A stretch of 63,774 nt of DNA, the filler included, from Deltaproteobacteria bacterium (lineage in GTDB: Bacteria; Myxococcota; JACRCW01), in NCBI GenBank assembly GCA_016218805.1. It is 4 parts of 4 records of this genome, joined end to end, with 100 filler letters (N's around TTAATTAATTAA, not from the genome) between each part and the next. Parts side by side here need not be neighbours in the genome. Positions count along the whole stretch, not along the records: positions 57,777 to 63,774 come from JACRCW010000025.1; 3 more parts are not named here. The stretch is one strand, 5' to 3'. The notes beneath the pieces are model-generated. The model saw nothing but the letters and a program-made list of their open reading frames with translations, ran no database searches and was not told the origin of the DNA. The position numbers and the translations under genes are program-made. Positions 58,751-63,774 of this stretch are shown here, one piece after another. Numbering within the stretch: position 1 is the first letter of the stretch; every line of letters begins with the position of its first letter.

Positions 58751-60108
58751 GTGGGCGGCGTGGAGGAGGCGCGCGGCGGTGGCGGGTAGGTGAGCGTGGG
58801 CAGCGCCGACGTGGATGCGCCCCCCCCCCCCCCGTTGGCCACCTGGGTGAGCTTGAAGCGGCTGACCACGCGCTCCAATTCCAAGGACAGGTTGCTCATC
58901 TCCAGCGCGCTCTTGGCCATCTCCTCCATGGAGTGGCTCTGGTCCGCCGTCACATTCTTCACTTCCAGCGTGGCCTGCTGGTTCTGCTTGGCCACGTCGG
59001 AGATGTTGTTGATGGCCTTCACCATCTCCAGGGATCCCTGCAGCTGCCCCTGTGACGTGCGGGCAATCTGTTCGGCCTTCTCCGCGCCCCGCAGCGCGCT
59101 CTCCACAATCCCCTCCAGGCTGTGGATGATGGACGCCAGGTCCTCGCGGGACGCGTTCAGCTCGCGCGTGCCGTCGCGCATACCAATGACCGCGCTCTCG
59201 GACTCCTTGGCAATGTCCGCCACCAGCACGGTGATCTGCTCGGCGCTCTTGCCGCTGTTCTCGGCCAGCTTGCGAACCTCGTCGGCCACCACCGCAAACC
59301 CGCGCCCGTATTCACCCGCGCGCGCCGCTTCAATGGCGGCGTTGAGGGCCAGCAGGTTGGTCTGGACGCTGATCTTGGTGATGAGCTCGACGATCTTGCC
59401 GATGGCCTGGCTCTTCTCGCCGAACGCGAACACGCGCGTGGAGGCCTGTTCAATGCGGCGGAACACCTCCTGCAGCTTCTCCACCGCCAGGTTGGCCACC
59501 TCCGTGCCGGTGCGCGCGGCGGTGTGCGTCTCCGCCACGGCGCGGGCGGTCTCCTGCGCGGCCTGCGCCGTCTGTTCAATGCCCGTGGACAGCTCGTTGA
59601 TCACGCGGTTGGCCTTGTTGACCAGCTCGTTCTGCAGCTCAGCGCCGCGGGCAATGACCTCAATGGACTTGCTCACGTTCTCCGTGGAGTTGTTCACGCC
59701 CTCCGCCGCGGCGGACAGCGTGGTGGCGCTCTCCGCCACGTTGCGCGCCGTCTTCTGCAGGTGGCTCACCAGTTCGCGCAGGTTCTCCAACATGGTGTTG
59801 ATGGAGACGGACACCTGGTCCACCTCGTCGGGGTAGCGGCTGGGGCGCTCAAACCGCACGGACGTGGACAGGTCACCCTGCGTGATGTGCCGGGCGGTGG
59901 TGGCCAGGTTCTGCAGGTTGCGGGAGAGCACGGACACGTACCAGAACGTCACCGTGGCGCTGAACGCCAGCAGCGCGACGACGAACGCCGCCGCCTGGAG
60001 AATCCCCCCGCCGGGGAAGACGATGCCGACCACGCTGTGCAGCACCACCGCCACCAGCGCGGTGAACAGCTGCAGCATGGCGATCTTGAGGCCCAGTTGG
60101 GTTCGCAT
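58747..60108 (-). CDS. Methyl-accepting chemotaxis protein, DifA-like
   Basis: 2 adjacent TM with almost no periplasmic loop, [50 protein letters not shown] and QL.GS.EMV segments recall M. xanthus DifA. Confidence 0.88.
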   Translation of the reverse strand: MRTQLGLKIAMLQLFTALVAVVLHSVVGIVFPGGGILQAAAFVVALLAFSATVTFWYVSVLSRNLQNLATTARHITQGDLSTSVRFERPSRYPDEVDQVSVSINTMLENLRELVSHLQKTARNVAESATTLSAAAEGVNNSTENVSKSIEVIARGAELQNELVNKANRVINELSTGIEQTAQAAQETARAVAETHTAARTGTEVANLAVEKLQEVFRRIEQASTRVFAFGEKSQAIGKIVELITKISVQTNLLALNAAIEAARAGEYGRGFAVVADEVRKLAENSGKSAEQITVLVADIAKESESAVIGMRDGTRELNASREDLASIIHSLEGIVESALRGAEKAEQIARTSQGQLQGSLEMVKAINNISDVAKQNQQATLEVKNVTADQSHSMEEMAKSALEMSNLSLELERVVSRFKLTQVANGGGGGASTSALPTLTYPPPPRASSTPPT

Positions 60109-60223
60109 GAGCGTGCTCCGGCTCCCGTGCGTCGTGGGGACGGCGCAAGCTACCACGACTCCCGCCGAATCCACCCCGCCGCGGCTTGCGCAGCCACGCC
60201 CGCCCGGGCGTACAACTGCCGGC

Positions 60224-61312
60224 ATGCCAGACCGGCGCCCGCCCCCCGCTCCCTGCCGCGTGCTGCTGTGGCTCGCCGCCACGGGCGCGTGCGGCCCGCG
60301 GCCCGCCACGCTCCTCCTGGATCCCGTGGCCCCCATCCACGGCGTGGAGCCCCGCCCGCTGCCCGGCGCGCGCGTGCTGGATGCCGCCGGGCGCGCCCTG
60401 GACCCGCAGCCGCCCGTGGCGTTCACCTCCGCGGAGCCCGCCACCCTGGAGGTGCGTGACGGGATGATGCGGGCGTGGCGCAGCGGCCGCGTGGTGCTGC
60501 AGGCCCGGGTCACCGGCAGCTCGGTCACGGCCAACACGGAAGTGGACGTGCGCCTGGTGGACCGGCTGGAGCTGGGCTGCGGCCCCGCGCGCGAATGCGT
60601 GCTGGGTGTGGGTGAAACGCTGGCGCTTGAGGCACGCGCGTTTTCCGGCCGCGTGCCGCTGCCCGAGCACCCCGTGGAGTGGACGGCCCCGCCGGACGAC
60701 GTGCTGCAGATGCACGCGCCGGGGCGGTTCACTGGGCGCCAGCCCGGGCGCGCCGTGGTGGTGGCGCGCGCCGGACCAGCGGTCACCCAGCTGCCGGTGC
60801 GGGTGGTGGAGCGGCCGGACCGCGTGGAGATCCGCTGCCCCGACGGCCATGACGCGCCCACGGAGATCCGCCCTGACAACCGCACGGCGTGCGCCGGCCG
60901 CCGCGGCGAGACCCTCGCGCTCGGCGCGGTGTTCTCGCGCGCGGGCGCGCCGCTGCCCGCGGAGGCCGCCACCTGGTCCTCGTCGGACACGGCCGTGGCG
61001 GTGGTGGACGGGGCGGGCCGCGTGGAGTTGCGCGGTGTGGGCTTTGCTGTGGTGAACCTGCGCGCGGGCGCGCTGGAACAATCCGTGGATATCCACGTGG
61101 CCGCGGCGCGCCCGGGCGCCTCCGCCGCCCGCTGCCGGGGCCAGTGGCGGCACAGCGGGACGGTGCAGGTGGTCACCGGCGACCGCACGCGCAGCGTCTC
61201 CATCCGCTGTGACGCGCCCGCGGGCCTCAGCTGCGTGCAGAACATGCTGCACCGGAACACGTTTGGCACGCCGGACGTGCAAGCGGCCAACGAAGCCTGC
61301 TGCTGCCGCTGA
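60224..61312 (+). CDS. Ig-like (Big_2) repeat lipoprotein
   Basis: Lipobox TGAC; FTSAEP.., WTAPP.., [13 protein letters not shown]. Confidence 0.7.
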   Translation: MPDRRPPPAPCRVLLWLAATGACGPRPATLLLDPVAPIHGVEPRPLPGARVLDAAGRALDPQPPVAFTSAEPATLEVRDGMMRAWRSGRVVLQARVTGSSVTANTEVDVRLVDRLELGCGPARECVLGVGETLALEARAFSGRVPLPEHPVEWTAPPDDVLQMHAPGRFTGRQPGRAVVVARAGPAVTQLPVRVVERPDRVEIRCPDGHDAPTEIRPDNRTACAGRRGETLALGAVFSRAGAPLPAEAATWSSSDTAVAVVDGAGRVELRGVGFAVVNLRAGALEQSVDIHVAAARPGASAARCRGQWRHSGTVQVVTGDRTRSVSIRCDAPAGLSCVQNMLHRNTFGTPDVQAANEACCCR

Positions 61313-61361
61313 ACACACCGGCCGATGTGCAAGCCCCAGCGCGCCGGCTAGGGTCCCGCAC

Positions 61362-62540
61362 GTGAACCCACACCTCCCTCCCCTGTGTTGCTGTGCCGTT
61401 CTCCTCGCATCCGCCTGCACCACCACCGGGGGTGATGGCTCCGGAAGCGGCGGGAGCAGCAACAGCAGCAGCAGCAGCGGGACGGGCGCTGGCAGCTCCG
61501 GCACCGCCGCATCCGGGTCATCCGGCGGGAGCACGGACGGCGGCGGTCCCACGGATGCCGGCGCGGTGGACGCCGGCGCGGAGCAGTCGCTGGTGCTGGG
61601 CCACGTGGTGACCCCCGCGGGCGGCTTTGGCGTGTTCGACGCGGTGGTGGACGTCAACTACTCCGACGATGCGGGCGTCCCCGTCCACCGCCAGGCGCGC
61701 ACGCGGTGGGACGGGCAGTTCCAGCTCCGCGGGCTCCCCGTGGGCACGTACACCTTTGCCGCCACGCGCGGACACCATGCCGGCCAAGCCTCCATCACCG
61801 TGGCCACGCCCTCCCAGCAGATCACGGACGCCACCATCCAGCTGTCCGCCTCCGGCGCCAAGTTCGTCGTGGTGACGGGCGCGTGGGACCGGATTGAAGA
61901 CATCATTGGCGCCAGCGGCCTGGGGTTTGACCCGGTCATGGTCAGCGGGGACAACGGCTTTGGGCAGCCCGCGGACTGGCTCACCCCCGTGGCGGACGCG
62001 GCCTACCTGGCGGACGTGGCGGCGGTGTTCCTCAACTGCGGCCTGGATGATGACATCTTCAGCCGCGCGGACCTGGTGCAACGGTTGGACACGCTGCGCG
62101 CATACGTGGCCGCCGGTGGCAGCCTGTATATTTCCGACCAGGCTTACGACGTGGCGGAAGCGCTCTACCCGGACGCGGTGGAGTTCTACGGCAATGACGC
62201 CAACCCCAACGCCGCGCAGGAAGGGGACGCGGAGGAGGTGGCTGCCACCATTGTGGACCGCACGCTGGAGAAGATCGTGGGGCACACGGTGACCATCTCC
62301 TATGACCTCAGTTCCTGGGCGGTCATGGAGAGCGTGCCGGCGCCTGTGGACGGCGGACCGGTGGCGGAAACGCTGGTGACCGGCACCGTGCACGCCTACG
62401 GCACCACGCTCCCGGACGTGCCGCTGGCCGTCCAAATCACCGCCGGCAACGGCCGCGTCATCTACACCACCTTCCACAATGAAGCGCAGCTGGACCCGGG
62501 GGTCCGCGCCATCCTGCAGTTCATGGTGCTGTCGCTGTGA
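61362..62540 (+). CDS. Lipoprotein with carboxypeptidase-regulatory-like domain
   Basis: Lipobox LASAC; Ser/Gly linker; TRWDGQFQLRGLPVGTY; VFLNCG; GGSLYISD; GRVIYTTFHNE. Confidence 0.75.
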   Translation: MNPHLPPLCCCAVLLASACTTTGGDGSGSGGSSNSSSSSGTGAGSSGTAASGSSGGSTDGGGPTDAGAVDAGAEQSLVLGHVVTPAGGFGVFDAVVDVNYSDDAGVPVHRQARTRWDGQFQLRGLPVGTYTFAATRGHHAGQASITVATPSQQITDATIQLSASGAKFVVVTGAWDRIEDIIGASGLGFDPVMVSGDNGFGQPADWLTPVADAAYLADVAAVFLNCGLDDDIFSRADLVQRLDTLRAYVAAGGSLYISDQAYDVAEALYPDAVEFYGNDANPNAAQEGDAEEVAATIVDRTLEKIVGHTVTISYDLSSWAVMESVPAPVDGGPVAETLVTGTVHAYGTTLPDVPLAVQITAGNGRVIYTTFHNEAQLDPGVRAILQFMVLSL

Positions 62541-63327
62541 GTTCGCGGTAGCGGAAGAAGTTGTCGTGACTGACCCGGGGCACCCCCGCATCCGGGTCAC
62601 CCGTCTCCAGCAGGAACGCCGCCGCCCCGTCCACAAACGCCCGCTTCTCCACGTCAAAGGCGTACACGCCGCGTCCCGTCAGCCGCGCGGTGGGCGCATC
62701 CACGCGCAGCTCCACGTGCAGTTCAGCCAGCGTGCGCGGCCCGTCGCGCACCAGCCGCTCCAGGCGGATGTGTTGGCTCCCCGTCGCCACGGCCGCGCCG
62801 GACACCGGCAGGCGCACGGGCACCACTTCCGCTTCGCCCACGCGCAACGGGCTTTGTGGCAGCGGAAAGAGCACCTGCACCAGCACCGTTTGGCTGGACG
62901 GCGGGCCGGACGGGCCGTCTTCAGTCAACACCGCCAGCTCAGCGGGCGGGACGTCCAGGGGCCGCGGGTTCTCCGGCACAAAAGTCTGGATGCCCTCCAG
63001 GCTGACGCGCGCCCGGCCGTCGCCGGAGCCGCGCAGCGCCAACAGCGCCTCCACGCGGACGGGCTCCGGGGCCGGCCGCCGGTTGTCCACCACGCGCTGC
63101 TCCAGGCGGAAGTGGTGCTCCACACGCTGCCCCAGCTGGAACCGCAGCGCGTAAGACCCCCCGGGCGGCGGTACGGTGGCCCGTGGGGGCAGGGTCACGT
63201 CCGGGAGGAACCGGCTGTCCACCGTCACCGGAGACCAGGCGGCCGCCGCCGGCGGCGCGGGCGGCGCGGCCCGGGAACACCCCGCCACCAGCCACGCCAC
63301 CCACAGGCAACCACGCGTGCGGAACAT
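62521..63327 (-). CDS. Hypothetical lipoprotein
   Basis: Lipobox VAGC; FPLP..LRVGE; G.Y.FDV..; overlaps the convergent gene by 20 bp. Confidence 0.6.
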   Translation of the reverse strand: MFRTRGCLWVAWLVAGCSRAAPPAPPAAAAWSPVTVDSRFLPDVTLPPRATVPPPGGSYALRFQLGQRVEHHFRLEQRVVDNRRPAPEPVRVEALLALRGSGDGRARVSLEGIQTFVPENPRPLDVPPAELAVLTEDGPSGPPSSQTVLVQVLFPLPQSPLRVGEAEVVPVRLPVSGAAVATGSQHIRLERLVRDGPRTLAELHVELRVDAPTARLTGRGVYAFDVEKRAFVDGAAAFLLETGDPDAGVPRVSHDNFFRYRELTATAP

Positions 63328-63340
63328 GGGTGCGCCATAC

Positions 63341-63590
63341 CACGCTGCAGGATGGTCACTCGGGTCACCCCAGTGCGTTGCCTGCATGCTGCCGGGGGGG
63401 CGCTCGGGTCACCCCAGTGGGTCCCCCGCATGCCGCCGGGGGGTCACTGGGGGCACCCCAGGGAGTCCCCCGCATGCTGCAGGAGGATCATTGGGGTCAC
63501 CCCAGCGGGTTGCCTGCACGCTCCCGGATGCCCACCCGGGCCACCGGAGCAGGCATCCGGCACCCTACCGATGCAGGCGCCCGGTGACGG
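63341..63590. repeat. 44-bp degenerate tandem repeat (4 conserved + about 2 decayed copies) with palindromic GGGTCACCC core
   Basis: Units start at 63341, 63385, 63429, 63473, 63517, 63561. Confidence 0.85.
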
Positions 63591-63656
63591 CGTGCTACCT
63601 GCCGCGCGGGTCCGGGGGCGGTCCCCGGAATACCCAACCTGAAGCGGGTGTGACCC

Positions 63657-63774
63657 ATGGCGAAGCTGGCGGAGGAAGCGTCGTTGGAGACCCAAATGGA
63701 CTACTGCGTCCAGGTGGCGGCGGGTTTGCGGTCCTTGGATGAACTGGAAGCGCTGGCGGTGGCGTTTGAAGACC
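63657..63774 (+). CDS. Hypothetical protein, 5' partial
   Basis: ATG 63657, open to the window end: MAKLAEEASLETQMDYCVQVAAGLRSLDELEALAVAFED. Confidence 0.55.
   Translation, partial: MAKLAEEASLETQMDYCVQVAAGLRSLDELEALAVAFED

Noticed and set aside
60109..61332. N-terminal extension of the 861-aa MCP ORF
   Set aside because: Shadow of the plus-strand Ig-like lipoprotein. The MCP starts at 60108 after a GGAG RBS.
56294..63590. 43- and 44-bp arrays as CRISPR arrays
   Set aside because: No unique spacers between conserved repeats and no cas genes in the window.
129..63742. Numerous overlapping Arg/Ala/Pro-rich ORFs in the six-frame track
   Set aside because: Expected stop-poor alternative frames in high-GC DNA. 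They overlap better-supported genes and lack motifs.

Overview
High-GC window, most likely from a Myxococcota/deltaproteobacterial draft genome (MYXO-CTERM sorting signal, DifA-like MCP, myxobacterial-style T2SS). It is four contigs joined by artificial N/TTAATTAATTAA spacers (21445-21544, 44966-45065, 57677-57776), so adjacency across the gaps is not real. Contig 1 is accessory and signalling-rich. It holds the right end of an IS630 inserted in an FHA gene, a pentameric ligand-gated ion channel divergent from a CHASE2 pseudo-cyclase/SH3/M48 operon, a fibre-like protein with an animal-like collagen NC1 tip, and a palindromic MITE/REP-like element. Its main feature is a tightly coupled five-gene operon (16381-21214). 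This operon embeds a PhcB-like signal-synthase methyltransferase in a SiaABCD-like partner switch (kinase, STAS protein, membrane PP2C phosphatase, GGDEF enzyme), making it a candidate undescribed quorum-sensing-to-cyclic-dinucleotide circuit. Contig 2 has an FG-GAP lipoprotein, a YtkA-like lipoprotein, a 5-haem cytochrome, a full T2SS (gspC x2, DEFGHIJKLMN), a degenerate hybrid kinase and a methyltransferase. Contig 3 has yajC-secD-secF, PspA, a degenerate FHA-GGDEF, a phosphoesterase, an LTD/MYXO-CTERM protein, an AI-2E transporter and a PEGA protein. Contig 4 has GT2 coupled to an orphan DifA-like MCP with a G14 tract, plus lipoproteins. Three intergenic tandem arrays have 21, 43 and 44 bp periods. 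All family calls come from motif recognition by eye; no searches were run.
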